A stretch of 64,000 nucleotides of DNA from a virus (lineage: Duplodnaviria > Caudoviricetes), in IMG/VR virus record IMGVR_UViG_3300009671_000010, positions 1-64,000 of that record; one strand, written 5' to 3'. Under the pieces are notes generated by a model that saw only the letters and a list, made by a program, of their open reading frames with translations, ran no database searches and was not told the origin of the DNA. Position numbers and translations under genes: made by a program. Within the stretch, counting starts at the first letter, position 1. Every line of letters starts with the position of its first letter. Positions 48,001-58,632 of this stretch are shown in pieces.

Positions 48001-51000
48001 GTAAGTAAAAATATATTACATAATCAGTTAAACAAAATCCTTATTAGTACTACAAATAGATTTAAAGGATTAATTGATTCATATAAAAAAGAAGTAACTA
48101 TTTCACTTGCACATTCTATTATAAAAGATCCTGCTATGATTAATAACTTAGTTAAGTATAAATTCTTACCAGAATCTGTAAAAAAAACAAATACTTATTC
48201 TAACTGTTATCCAGATTTTGATATTCCTAATTTTTCAATAGATAATAAATTTACAGTATTATCACCTGATTTTTATTTATATAAACCTTCCGTATATAGT
48301 AAAGATATATATGAATATTTAAATACATCACTCGATACAATTTCAAGAGTAGATAATCTTTCTCAAATGATAAATTTTAGTGACTATGAAAGTTATATTA
48401 ATAAATATGAAGATATACGCTCTAAGATTGATTTTGATTCTACTAAGTTAGATAAGATTGATAAAATATTACAATATAAAACAAATATAACAGATTCACT
48501 TGATTATGTTAGAAAACAATATTTTAATTTAATTCTAGAAGATAAGACAGAGATATCTAAAGATGATAGTGATAAGATAGTCGCAATTTTGGATACACTT
48601 GATAATGATGTAAGATTTAAAAATAATCCTGATCAAGTAGCTGCTATAAAGTCTTATTATGGTATGGTTTTAAGAATAAGAGGAACATCGCAACATATTA
48701 ATACTGATGAATTTAAAATTGATATGATAAAAGCCGCAAGAATGGGTCTGATAGTTGAAATACTAGAAATATATGTAGCAATTAATGAATTCTTAGGTGC
48801 TATTGTTAAAAACAGATCAGATGATTATATTAATAGTGTTGTTAAAACAGCAGCAACAAATGTTTCATTAAAATCAATTTTTGATAAATTTTTTTCAAGT
48901 TCAAATAACATTGCTGATACAAATAAAATTCTTGTTACATCCTTAACTGATATTCAATTTAAAGTTAAGAAGATATTAGAAAATCCAGAAACCAATGTTT
49001 TACCTGATAAAATTAATATTAATTTTCAAAAAGGTTTACCATATAATCCAGATGATAAAAAATATACAGTTCTTCCAGAATTACAAGTATTAGAAACTAA
49101 TTTATATAATAAAATAGGTTCATTGATAAGAATGAATTTATTTATTGATGATGTTAAATCTAATGTTGCTAAGAAAGTTAATGTATCAGATTATGTACCA
49201 GAATATGCTGCACTTGATTATTGGAATGTTCAACAAAAAGAATCTAATAAAGAAAGAGTTGATTTACTACAACAACTACAGAATGCAACATCACATCATA
49301 ATAATGGATTTCTTAAAATGTATCCAACCTTTAAAATATATTTTGTTGAAGAAAATAAAGGGCTTACATTTGAATTTAGTAACTATTTTTCTTACAATGC
49401 TGTACAATCTATAGAAATAATTAAACAGAAATCATCTGCAAGTAATACAGCAGTAATAAGACTGAGTAACATTGCTGGAAATTTAAGTGATAGATTTAGT
49501 TTTATGAGAGAACAAGTTGATACATTTGCTGCAGTAAATCCTAATGTTAATAATATTAAATTTCTCGGTACTCTTAATATCAAACCAGGTACCCAGATGA
49601 TAGTTAAACAAGGTTATGCTTCAGATGAAAAAAATCTTAAAACTGTATTTATTGGGAAAATAATTGAAATGAATCCTGGTCCTGATATTGAAATTATATG
49701 TCAAAGTTATGGTGCACAGTTATCATATGAAATTCCAAGAATGAAATTTAATATGTTTTCCAGAGAAAAAGCATATGGTGAGATAGTTAGTGCTATTTTG
49801 GATAAAATTCCAGACTTGAATAAAATGGGTAAATTTGATTTATTTAATCAAGGATTACAAACTTTTTCTGGAATAAATCTTAGAAATTATAAAAGTAATT
49901 TTTATGAAAGATTTATGTTATCGAATTTATTTGGTAAAGTGAGTGCATTGGAATTTGCTAAGGATAATCCACGAGATGAGAATATATATCTTCCATATAA
50001 TTTATTAATCAATTCATTATATCATCCTACATTTGACTGGATAATATATAATCAGTCTATTTGGGAAGCTATACAAGAAATATGTTTATATAATGATAAC
50101 GCTACCCCAATGGTAAAAATATTTAATGATGATTTTATGAGTAATAAGAATCAGATAAGAGAAACACTGGTAATAGGCGATAAATCAGGATATTATAAAT
50201 ATACAGATTCATTTGCATTAAGTTCACTGGATTATAAAAAAATTGATGAAGTGATTAAAGAATCTAGTACCATTATAAGTACAATTTTATCTTTTAAAAT
50301 AGATGCATTCAATAAAGAAGAGACACAAAGACGTGGTTTTTTTATATCAAATACAGGTAATAGATATAAACTTAATAGTAATCTTATTAATGTGTATTCA
50401 TTTTTCCAAAATGAATTGAATGTAAAAGTTATGATAAAATATTTAATGAGTAAAATTGAATTTACTACTAAAGTTGACATAAGTGATATAATGGAAGTTA
50501 TTACTGGTTCATCTTCTCTTTTTACCAAAAAAGATTCTAATACAGAATTACTTAGTAGTATTTGTAAGTTTTATTCACTCGGACCAATCACTGATGATAT
50601 CAGAGAATATTATTTTGATTCAGCTAGGGCAAATGATATGAATCGAATTGAATATTTTAATGATATTATAAAGTATATACAAAAAAGTAATCTTGATTTT
50701 AATCTAAATAAAGAAATGTTATATGATGTAAATACTGTATTATCTAATAAGGATGATAACCTAGCTTCTAACTTACAGTATAAAAAGATACAACAACATC
50801 ATCTTATTACTGATACTAGGGATATTATTTCGAATAATATTATCTTAAATTCTTCTTTTGCAAATTCAGTTAACTTATATTATTTTGATGAACCAAAATT
50901 TCAACATGCTAGTATGGAATTGATAACTGAAAAAGATATTAATAATTTAAAGATTTTTCCTATTAAAGCATTCGGTGATATACAGGATAGTGGACTTAGA

Positions 51001-51897
51001 CCATTAAATTCTTTTCAAAAAAATATAGATACAAACTGGTTTGATGTAAAAAATAAATCAGATCTTTTCTATAATAAATATAAACGTATATATAATAATC
51101 ATGATGATTTAAAGAAATATTTATCTAAAAATGATACTGATTCTCCATCATGGGATTTTTTCCCATCTTTTGTAATTACTGCTGTTAATTTATTAAAGCA
51201 AGAAGTTTCTAAGATGTATCAAGGAACTATTGATATAATAGGTAATCCAGAGATAGAACCATATGACATAGTACATATTTCTGATTATACCAATGATATA
51301 CATGGAGCTGTAGAAGTTGAAGAAGTAATACATACATTTACTCCAGATAGAGGATTTATCACAACTATTACTCCTAATTTAATAACATATGATAGAGATC
51401 CAATACAATTACAAGATATTGAAGTTATTAATAATGTATTAAATGTTGCTAATGATAGAGCAAGAGCTGAAACTTTAATAAGTTTTGGAACAAATATGGT
51501 TGGTGCTTCAACAGGATTTTTGCTTAGTGGTATTGGTGGAATTGTAACAAGTACACTTGCTACTGGTAATTTCTTATATAATGGAATATATAATGTTATT
51601 ATGAAAAAACAAAAATTTCTATATGATCAAATGGCTCAAATACTTGGACGAGATTGTATTAATTTTACAACACTTATATATCATGGACTTCCATATATTA
51701 CTGGTTTTGATGGAGTTGATTATGAAAATCTAAAAACTATTATTAGGCATAATGTAGCTGGTATTAAAAATCCAGTAACAAGACTGGCTGCATTTTGGGA
51801 CCCATATGAAGCTGGTTTAATAAGAGGTGTTGATGATTTTAAAGCTATCAATGCATTAACTCCATCATTTTTACGATTTTTACCAAATAGGAAATAA
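45085..51897 (+). CDS. giant baseplate hub protein (T4 gp27/Mu gp44-like C-terminal region)
   Basis: VQSIEI...NTAVIRLSN, IKPGTQMIVKQGY...VFIGKIIE...EIICQSYG, and QGTIDIIGNPEIEPYDIVHI...VEEVIHTF...GFITTI are hub-type patterns. Confidence 0.75.
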   Translation: MTSNLLSICTYLKSVFVLEHDKYYSFDYSSNMSKTVSIKNIINDELNKIDAKINFNKQIRSVDFQLGDIVYKDSINELYIILGVDGDKVFTFPDSKNAKWINTSTKSYTVIRPDYSSVKMDNINTRINDNITKDITNKLKSNEGTFITNYNQLPDSSLQIGDIVVAVDPIQISFSTQNGYQYYPTVRTNGNPILPSPQQIKNISVVLIFPNEDSINNQLLNIYAMYRRTPFVNIRNKHICDFFKDIKSEKSDYIPVALESINIESVSGFPNTLQATLTLLPFDPRVISNGLLALRSLSDVQNQTIDNDYLLKEYNKAIERMDSSLYNSNTFKNEDIITKPVRYSDDFRESLPFRAFYQSMISEKKYVEDEYGNVVPIKDISGIEIADGYDISAYRPTNSYNMLHRYTSIDNIKPISFKYSYLKDDYRSLIKDISKNRVINQEELVNKLKDTLIQLNSKDTMISSIFTSCLSFKDYVAETEFTWNKVDNALRNLFIESGIDVPNQRVNYNLSEKDIGNNVTSLFKFLIENIMRSGSNAVGYNALKNIRSIVDGRNIVVDDYIGLLNQLYVQTDNEFNSGTKLVGLPTLIDNIWKWLNINDNNKIAFAQFLKNWTEALANDLNTGIMTTDISSPSSDIQGKKIYRLPIENDTISIDSKNNIIQNWNIVFSNKFVPINIQSFKYPFYQHLGSENASINLNIVSVNNSDFISKISQLSDRLLDSSKVLSMCCPELLTWLDSRITVESDTNNIFNVFGFNKVSYNSSNITNIQGQPGCWNIVLNLTQSNISVADYTNIQQENDNYAYIEELAKFICRLQIENDNIIVVDYYNEDNTLITDLEDMIKCSFMFSKYMVMLNDETGYLSTVKDNSVTLGKKKLLADLKKNGVYSIINGSLSSVLNNFFSKNDIFYKELKTVLFNVDKLHKKEYLLFNNLLADKKKIFESNNVKFTDVLFAVIGPNRLFTISSIVNKSVGTVSKNILHNQLNKILISTTNRFKGLIDSYKKEVTISLAHSIIKDPAMINNLVKYKFLPESVKKTNTYSNCYPDFDIPNFSIDNKFTVLSPDFYLYKPSVYSKDIYEYLNTSLDTISRVDNLSQMINFSDYESYINKYEDIRSKIDFDSTKLDKIDKILQYKTNITDSLDYVRKQYFNLILEDKTEISKDDSDKIVAILDTLDNDVRFKNNPDQVAAIKSYYGMVLRIRGTSQHINTDEFKIDMIKAARMGLIVEILEIYVAINEFLGAIVKNRSDDYINSVVKTAATNVSLKSIFDKFFSSSNNIADTNKILVTSLTDIQFKVKKILENPETNVLPDKININFQKGLPYNPDDKKYTVLPELQVLETNLYNKIGSLIRMNLFIDDVKSNVAKKVNVSDYVPEYAALDYWNVQQKESNKERVDLLQQLQNATSHHNNGFLKMYPTFKIYFVEENKGLTFEFSNYFSYNAVQSIEIIKQKSSASNTAVIRLSNIAGNLSDRFSFMREQVDTFAAVNPNVNNIKFLGTLNIKPGTQMIVKQGYASDEKNLKTVFIGKIIEMNPGPDIEIICQSYGAQLSYEIPRMKFNMFSREKAYGEIVSAILDKIPDLNKMGKFDLFNQGLQTFSGINLRNYKSNFYERFMLSNLFGKVSALEFAKDNPRDENIYLPYNLLINSLYHPTFDWIIYNQSIWEAIQEICLYNDNATPMVKIFNDDFMSNKNQIRETLVIGDKSGYYKYTDSFALSSLDYKKIDEVIKESSTIISTILSFKIDAFNKEETQRRGFFISNTGNRYKLNSNLINVYSFFQNELNVKVMIKYLMSKIEFTTKVDISDIMEVITGSSSLFTKKDSNTELLSSICKFYSLGPITDDIREYYFDSARANDMNRIEYFNDIIKYIQKSNLDFNLNKEMLYDVNTVLSNKDDNLASNLQYKKIQQHHLITDTRDIISNNIILNSSFANSVNLYYFDEPKFQHASMELITEKDINNLKIFPIKAFGDIQDSGLRPLNSFQKNIDTNWFDVKNKSDLFYNKYKRIYNNHDDLKKYLSKNDTDSPSWDFFPSFVITAVNLLKQEVSKMYQGTIDIIGNPEIEPYDIVHISDYTNDIHGAVEVEEVIHTFTPDRGFITTITPNLITYDRDPIQLQDIEVINNVLNVANDRARAETLISFGTNMVGASTGFLLSGIGGIVTSTLATGNFLYNGIYNVIMKKQKFLYDQMAQILGRDCINFTTLIYHGLPYITGFDGVDYENLKTIIRHNVAGIKNPVTRLAAFWDPYEAGLIRGVDDFKAINALTPSFLRFLPNRK

Positions 51898-51898
51898 T

Positions 51899-52672
51899 AT
51901 GAATAATATGATTTTAGAACAAAATTCACTACAGTTTTATTTAGGAGAATTAGCTGAGACTAATTACTATAATGAGCAACAACACTTGGTTAGAGTTAAA
52001 TTTAAAAATAGCTATTATGATATGCATTTATTTGGGTATACAGTAGAAGTTCCAGATCCTAAGTATCATCTTGTTATGTTTTTAGCTCCAGAAAGAAGTA
52101 TTTCTACTTCATCCATAGATGGCGATGCTTTAAATAATCCTCCAGGAATAGTTAATAATAAGGTTGTTGATGTACAATTTTGTGTTGCTTTTCTGATTAA
52201 TAGAACACAAAAACTGTCTACCACAAATGCTCAAACTGGTACAGCTAGTTTTGCTATTTCAAATACTAACTTTTATGATTCTAATAATGTCCGTGTGGCT
52301 ATTACTGCTCCAACTTCTAATGACTATACTAGGGTTAATGATGATTCTGGAGTAGATTCTAATAGAAATCAAAGTATAGGATTATTTTTAAATGATGACA
52401 GTGTATTAATTAAATCACGAGGTTCATCGATTACACTTGGTGATGATGGTATACATATTGGTGGTAATGTTTCTTGGGAACAAACTTCACATGGTAAAGG
52501 CGTAATGGCTAGGAACCAATTTGCAGAAATAATTCCATCAAGCATTCCTACTGCTATTATATCTACACCCAATATACCAAATGTAACTCAATTTCTTATG
52601 TTTGCTGAAGCTGGTCAAAGAGTTATGTCTGTAATAAATAAAGCTGGAAAAGTACTGGAGATATTAAAATAA
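51899..52672 (+). CDS. putative baseplate spike (gpV/gp45-like)
   Basis: Position after hub; short beta-strand run GLFLNDDSVLIKSRGSSITLGDDGIHIGGNV. Confidence 0.5.
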   Translation: MNNMILEQNSLQFYLGELAETNYYNEQQHLVRVKFKNSYYDMHLFGYTVEVPDPKYHLVMFLAPERSISTSSIDGDALNNPPGIVNNKVVDVQFCVAFLINRTQKLSTTNAQTGTASFAISNTNFYDSNNVRVAITAPTSNDYTRVNDDSGVDSNRNQSIGLFLNDDSVLIKSRGSSITLGDDGIHIGGNVSWEQTSHGKGVMARNQFAEIIPSSIPTAIISTPNIPNVTQFLMFAEAGQRVMSVINKAGKVLEILK

Positions 52673-53181
52673 TGGAACCTTTTAGTGAAATGTTTGATAT
52701 AACTCTATCGTATGATACGGATATTTTATTTAGTTCTGGAGATTTGGATATTACAAATGGAGTTGATTATATTGAACGTGAGATATATAAAATATTAGTT
52801 ACATTTGTTGGTGAATGGAAATTAAATCCAACAATTGGTTGTGGTTTGAAAGAATTTGTTGGACAAGAAAATTCTAGGAATACAGCACAGAAAATTGAAA
52901 AAAGAATTCAAGATAGTCTTATATTAACAGTTTATCCAGCACAAGTTAATGTCAGAGTAGTACCAAGTAATTATAATACTATTTTTTGTTTTATAGATGT
53001 CATTGGACCAAATATAAACATTACCAGTATTCCATTTGAATTTACTTTTACAACTGGTACTATTAAAATACATAGAGCAGATAAAAATGTACAAAACATA
53101 TCTGATACTAATTTGGATATTAATGATATCACAAATATGAGAAAACCTAATAAATATCAAAATAGTTTTAGGAAAGTTTAG
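52672..53181 (+). CDS. baseplate wedge / sheath initiator (gp25-like)
   Basis: GDLDITNGVDYIE...GEWKLNPTIGCGLKEFVG pattern; before baseplate J. Confidence 0.8.
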   Translation: MEPFSEMFDITLSYDTDILFSSGDLDITNGVDYIEREIYKILVTFVGEWKLNPTIGCGLKEFVGQENSRNTAQKIEKRIQDSLILTVYPAQVNVRVVPSNYNTIFCFIDVIGPNINITSIPFEFTFTTGTIKIHRADKNVQNISDTNLDINDITNMRKPNKYQNSFRKV

Positions 53182-53189
53182 GAGTTAAT

Positions 53190-54446
53190 ATGCCAATCAG
53201 TAGAACATATCTGGAAGTATATCGAGATGGTCAACGTAGACTTAGAAATAATACACCAGTAACTAATTTTAATCAACAAAGTTTATCAAAAGCATTCTTA
53301 GATATCATGTCTGTTGAAGTTGAAAAGATATATAGTGACATAGATTTTATATACAGTTCATTAGATCCAACTAGAGCATCTGGTTCTGATTTGGATAAAC
53401 TTGGACTTCTTGTTGGAGTTAAACGTAATGAAGCTACAGTCGCTGTCGATGAGACTGATACAAACTTCTACTTTTACATAGATCTGAAAGTTGATTGGAA
53501 TATACAAAAACTAATTTATAGTTTATACTCTGAACAAGAAATAGATCTTCTCGAATCAAATGGTTATGTTGTTAAAACTAATGGGTATGTCAGTAGACTT
53601 ATCCTACCTAGAGGAATAGTTATTAGTAATTATGATAATACAATTACATATACGACTATTGATGAGATTACCTTTGATGCAGATGATACAAGCAAATATG
53701 TAGGAATTATAGCAACAGGTACTGGACCCGAGTATAATGTCATTAGTAATATTTTAATTAATCATAATATTTCTACTATACCAGAATTAATTAAACTTGC
53801 ATCTATGATTAAATGTACAAATACTTTTCCTATACAAAATGGTTCATATTCTATGACTGATGATGAATATAGATATAATATAAGCATAGCAAAATCAGCA
53901 CTTAATTCTAATGAGCTTTCTATTAGAAAATCAGCATTAGAAATTCCAGGAATTAGAGATATATTATTTGAAAAAAATAAATTTGGTAATGGTACTATTA
54001 ATATAATAGTTGATGGTGTATCTCCACTCATTTCAGATGGATTGTTGCTTGCTGTTAAAGAAAATGTACAAAAAAATATGGCATTCGGTGATGTATTATT
54101 TGTTTCATCACCTGAATATATTGGAATAGAATTGAATTTCAATATAGAATTAGAACTCGGTATAACAGATTCATTATCAATTAGAAATCAAGCTAGAAAT
54201 ACAGTTATACAATATATTAATAATTTAACTATTGGTGGTGAAATAATTTGGAATCAATTGGTTGCTAATGTATTAGAAATTGATGGAATTAAAGATTTTA
54301 TTCCAGTTTATTTTAAATGTGGAAAATATGATCCTGTTAATAAAATTAATAAAGAACAAATTATACTTCGATTTGTTAATCAAACAGCTAAATATAATGA
54401 AAAATTTTATTGTGATGCTGGCATGATAACTACCTGCATAGCATAA
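53190..54446 (+). CDS. baseplate J-like protein
   Basis: RASGSDLDKLGLLVGVKR, ATGTGPEYNV, MTDDEYRYNI, ALEIPGI, GTINIIV, YINNLTIG...LEIDGI. Confidence 0.9.
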   Translation: MPISRTYLEVYRDGQRRLRNNTPVTNFNQQSLSKAFLDIMSVEVEKIYSDIDFIYSSLDPTRASGSDLDKLGLLVGVKRNEATVAVDETDTNFYFYIDLKVDWNIQKLIYSLYSEQEIDLLESNGYVVKTNGYVSRLILPRGIVISNYDNTITYTTIDEITFDADDTSKYVGIIATGTGPEYNVISNILINHNISTIPELIKLASMIKCTNTFPIQNGSYSMTDDEYRYNISIAKSALNSNELSIRKSALEIPGIRDILFEKNKFGNGTINIIVDGVSPLISDGLLLAVKENVQKNMAFGDVLFVSSPEYIGIELNFNIELELGITDSLSIRNQARNTVIQYINNLTIGGEIIWNQLVANVLEIDGIKDFIPVYFKCGKYDPVNKINKEQIILRFVNQTAKYNEKFYCDAGMITTCIA

Positions 54447-54455
54447 TGAGGATTA

Positions 54456-56594
54456 ATGAAAACACAACGTGCAATACAGTCTAAGAATACATCAAGAATA
54501 TTAAAAGCTGTCTTACCTGAATCCTTCAGAATAGTTAATGATAAATCATCTAATGGATATAAATTTATTAATTTATTATATGGAGTAGAAGTTGATGAAG
54601 TAAGAGAAAGACTTAAAGATTTATATAATAATACATCACTTGAATTTATGGAGTATGATGATAATATTATATATGAATCATATTTATCTGGTATTCCTCA
54701 CAGTGGAGTTCTTAATGCAGGTATATCAGGTATTCCAATATATATTGTAGACTATGATGAATTTCATAATGGAGATCCTACACGACTAAAACATATTGAA
54801 AATATTTCTATATCGGGAATCAGTTTTGTTAATGGACTTGAATATTTTAGAGATAATAATAGGTTATCTGGATATTATTTAATAAATTCAGATATAGATC
54901 AACTATCTGGATATATTGATAATATTTTTCCTAATAATAAAGTAATTCTTACGAGTACTGGTATAATTGCCAGTGGATTTTATGATGGCATTAAAGACCA
55001 TAATTTTAATACAAAAGGATATTATGAATTACTAGAACCAATGGATTATAATTCTTTATTATCTAAATATCCATTATATAGAAAAATATTAGATGATAAT
55101 GAAAATGAAGTATTTATAGATCACTATGAGCCTTATTATGGATGGATATATGATCATAATAATAACATAGTGGCTGATACATCTAGTTATAATGGAGATT
55201 ATTATTTTGATGAGAATGGTAATAAAATCTATTATAGAACAGCGTATAATAATCCTTATGGTTATAATAATTATAGTTCTGTATATATTGATCTAGAATA
55301 CATTCCTATTTCTGGAACATTACATGTATTTGATGTTGATTTACTTGATGCAGATGGCAATGCAATTGAAATACCAATGTCTGGAATTGATCTATATTAT
55401 AAAAAATCTGATAATACATTTAATCCAATTTATACTGGGTATGATGAATATGTTCCAGATGATATACAGTTTGGAAGTATTGCTGGTTTAAAAGCTGATA
55501 AAATATCTACAATTACATGGGACTATGTAACAGAAGGTAGTGGAAAAGATGATGTTACATTATCCTGGATTAATTCTTCAGGTAATATTACTAATAAAAT
55601 AAGAATCAATAACCCATCGAGTAGATATATAGTTGAATATAAATATAAAACATATGATAAATCTAGTTATATATCATCATTAAGTACCTCCAAATTTATT
55701 AGACTTGATTCATCAAATTCTATTTTTTCTATTAATAATAATGAATATAAAGAAATAGATTTTAAATTTACAAATGATCCAAATCTTAATGAATCCATTT
55801 CTGGATTGTATAGATCTACCATATTGACAATGGATGGGTTTAATGTTAGACCTAATTCAAGAATTAGTAAAATTGATTTTAATATTCCTGTTGAAATTAA
55901 AACCGATATTCTAACATCATATAATCTTATACAACCAGAGTATTTACATATTGGATATTCTAATGAGTTTATTCCGAGTATGTTATCTAAGAGAGAATAT
56001 TTATATAAGACTTACTTTGATTCTATAATTGATATTAATAATGATACTGAAAATGATTTATATAACAAATATACAATGAAATTTATTTCTGATGATATAT
56101 CAATAATAAATAGAATTCCTTATAATGGTAGGTTTTGTAAAAATATTCTTAATTTTAATATGAATTCCGAATATAGTATATCTCAATGTGATTTTATTAA
56201 AAATAACATATTTTTTAGAATATCTCTTAAGAAAGATTTTATTGAAGATTTTACACTATTAGAAGTATCGGATGCTACTAATGATATGTATTTTAAAGTT
56301 GATGTATTGAGCAATGGTGATATTAAACTTCATTCAAATATTGAATCTGATATAATGTGTACTAATTATATTTTTAAAAATGCATTTGTATATAACAAAG
56401 ATAATGATATCATTATTAGATATAATAATGGATCGTATGATATATATTCTAAAAATCATTTTACATACTTTAAACAAAATGAATATTATAGTGAGTATGT
56501 TACATTATTTACTGTAGATGATAGTTTTGTTAAATTAGCTAAAAATTGTTCACTTGAACTCTTTAATTTTGAAATTTATTATGAGGATCTGTAA
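54456..56594 (+). CDS. putative baseplate wedge / tail protein
   Basis: Follows baseplate J; ILKAVLP...SNGYKFIN N-terminus; GAGG RBS. Confidence 0.55.
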   Translation: MKTQRAIQSKNTSRILKAVLPESFRIVNDKSSNGYKFINLLYGVEVDEVRERLKDLYNNTSLEFMEYDDNIIYESYLSGIPHSGVLNAGISGIPIYIVDYDEFHNGDPTRLKHIENISISGISFVNGLEYFRDNNRLSGYYLINSDIDQLSGYIDNIFPNNKVILTSTGIIASGFYDGIKDHNFNTKGYYELLEPMDYNSLLSKYPLYRKILDDNENEVFIDHYEPYYGWIYDHNNNIVADTSSYNGDYYFDENGNKIYYRTAYNNPYGYNNYSSVYIDLEYIPISGTLHVFDVDLLDADGNAIEIPMSGIDLYYKKSDNTFNPIYTGYDEYVPDDIQFGSIAGLKADKISTITWDYVTEGSGKDDVTLSWINSSGNITNKIRINNPSSRYIVEYKYKTYDKSSYISSLSTSKFIRLDSSNSIFSINNNEYKEIDFKFTNDPNLNESISGLYRSTILTMDGFNVRPNSRISKIDFNIPVEIKTDILTSYNLIQPEYLHIGYSNEFIPSMLSKREYLYKTYFDSIIDINNDTENDLYNKYTMKFISDDISIINRIPYNGRFCKNILNFNMNSEYSISQCDFIKNNIFFRISLKKDFIEDFTLLEVSDATNDMYFKVDVLSNGDIKLHSNIESDIMCTNYIFKNAFVYNKDNDIIIRYNNGSYDIYSKNHFTYFKQNEYYSEYVTLFTVDDSFVKLAKNCSLELFNFEIYYEDL

Positions 56595-58621
56595 TGAAAA
56601 TTATTAAATATGTTGATCCAACTGGATCTGGAGATTATCTTGATCTTATTACTGGTATATCTGGAGTTATAAATTTAGCTAATGATGCAAATGAATACTC
56701 TGATATATATTTATATGTATCAAGAGGAATATATAGTGGATCATTTAATATTAATATACCTTATTCAGGATCACTTAGTATCATTGGTAATGATTCTGTA
56801 TTTTATCCAACTACAACATGTTATATATACGGCAACTATTCTAATAAAGAAAATTTTATTATTAATGGATTTAATATATATGGAAAATATAATTCAAATA
56901 CATGTTTTTCTTTATCTTCTGGATTATATTCTACTATTAATAATGCTAAAGTAGTTCATAATAATTTTATTAATAATTCAGGTGTACTAAGTATATATGA
57001 TTCAAAAATCACAGGTAGTGGTTATGGTGTAATAAGTGATGGGAGTGTATATTTTATTAGGTCTAGTATATCAAATTATAACATAGGAATTACATCAAAT
57101 GATATCAGTATATATGATTCATTTATAAGTTATTGTGATTCAGGTGTATTTAATATTGGAAATATAAATATATTTAATACTGTTATTAATAAATGTCATA
57201 CAGGTATATATAATATTGGAACTGTAGAATTACATAATACTACATTATATAATACATATGATATTTATTCTGTAAGTGGAATTGTAAGTTCAGAATCGTC
57301 TATTGCTAATATATTTGGTATATCTAATTCTGGATTTTTTAACAATCATAATTTTTATTCAGGCTATCAAGCTTCAGTATTTAGTTTTACTGATTCTAAT
57401 AATATTTCTGAACATACTCCTATATATAATTCAATACAGAATGATGACTACAGACTTGTCTTTAATAGTACTTCTGGATCTTATCTTGTTAATTTCTCTA
57501 ATAAAATAGATTCTGATATTAATGTTATAAATGATATTGAAAATATTAAATTAATAGAATACTTTGACACAGTAAATTATAATATTCCTATAGAGCAGTA
57601 TTCAAATTTTATATATAAAAATGATAGTACTATGATCTTATCTGATTATGGTAAAGAAATTCAGTTCTCAAATTTTATACAAAGTAAAGAAATATTATTA
57701 AATACTATCTCTATTTTTAAATTTAGCAATTATAATGTTTATACTGATAGTTCTTTTCCAATAGAATTAGATAAAATAGCATATACATGGGATTGGGATT
57801 TTAAAAATATAGCAACTTATAAAATAGGTAATGATTATAATTTTATAATTCCTCGATCAATAGTTAATGTAAAAAATATAATTGATGAAAAAATTCCTAA
57901 TTATAAAATAAGATATGATCTTTTAAATAAAAATTCATATAATGTATACAATCAAATATTTTATACTGGGATTTCGTATGATGATAACCTGTCTACTCTT
58001 CAAGATAAAATTATCTGGCTAGTTGATGGTAATAATCAAACATTATTAAAGAAGAATATTTATAATGACGAAATATATGATTCATATCCTCTTATGATAC
58101 CAAGTGGTACATATTATGTTAATCCATCAGGATTAATATATGTTGGTAGAGAAAATGAAAAATATAAATATGTATATGAAGCTGATCCATCGAAATACAT
58201 ATATACAGATAATTATAATGGTAGATTTCAACTACTTCCTACTAATATAAATAATAATATTGATATTAGAGGAATTAGAAATTATTATGATAAATTACTT
58301 ATTACTGGTTCAGAATACTCAATGAATATCAATAATAGACTGATTCCTTCATCTGGTAATTGTGTAGGAAAAATGTATATGTTAAATAATAATGATGATT
58401 TTTTACATTATATATATGAGCCAAATAATAGTTTTATTTTAGAAAATAATATTCCAACTGATTTAACAGTTGATGAATTTAATAATATTGTTATATCAGA
58501 TTATTATGATTCTAATTTATATAAATATAAATTTCTTTATGATTATGCTGTAATTGAATCTAATTATGATCAAGATATAAAAGTTCTATTAAGAGAATAC
58601 TATCCTAATATTGAATTGTAA
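56594..58621 (+). CDS. beta-helix (pectin-lyase-like) tail-associated protein
   Basis: YVDPTGSGDYLDL...IYLYVSRGIY cap, then regular Asn/Ile/Gly beta-helix repeats and DYRL motif. Confidence 0.65.
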   Translation: MKIIKYVDPTGSGDYLDLITGISGVINLANDANEYSDIYLYVSRGIYSGSFNINIPYSGSLSIIGNDSVFYPTTTCYIYGNYSNKENFIINGFNIYGKYNSNTCFSLSSGLYSTINNAKVVHNNFINNSGVLSIYDSKITGSGYGVISDGSVYFIRSSISNYNIGITSNDISIYDSFISYCDSGVFNIGNINIFNTVINKCHTGIYNIGTVELHNTTLYNTYDIYSVSGIVSSESSIANIFGISNSGFFNNHNFYSGYQASVFSFTDSNNISEHTPIYNSIQNDDYRLVFNSTSGSYLVNFSNKIDSDINVINDIENIKLIEYFDTVNYNIPIEQYSNFIYKNDSTMILSDYGKEIQFSNFIQSKEILLNTISIFKFSNYNVYTDSSFPIELDKIAYTWDWDFKNIATYKIGNDYNFIIPRSIVNVKNIIDEKIPNYKIRYDLLNKNSYNVYNQIFYTGISYDDNLSTLQDKIIWLVDGNNQTLLKKNIYNDEIYDSYPLMIPSGTYYVNPSGLIYVGRENEKYKYVYEADPSKYIYTDNYNGRFQLLPTNINNNIDIRGIRNYYDKLLITGSEYSMNINNRLIPSSGNCVGKMYMLNNNDDFLHYIYEPNNSFILENNIPTDLTVDEFNNIVISDYYDSNLYKYKFLYDYAVIESNYDQDIKVLLREYYPNIEL

Positions 58622-58632
58622 ATGGAGGTAAT

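Noticed and set aside
21670-56594. Bacterial contractile injection system or tailocin rather than phage
   Set aside because: Terminase, portal, protease and major capsid genes are present in the same operon.
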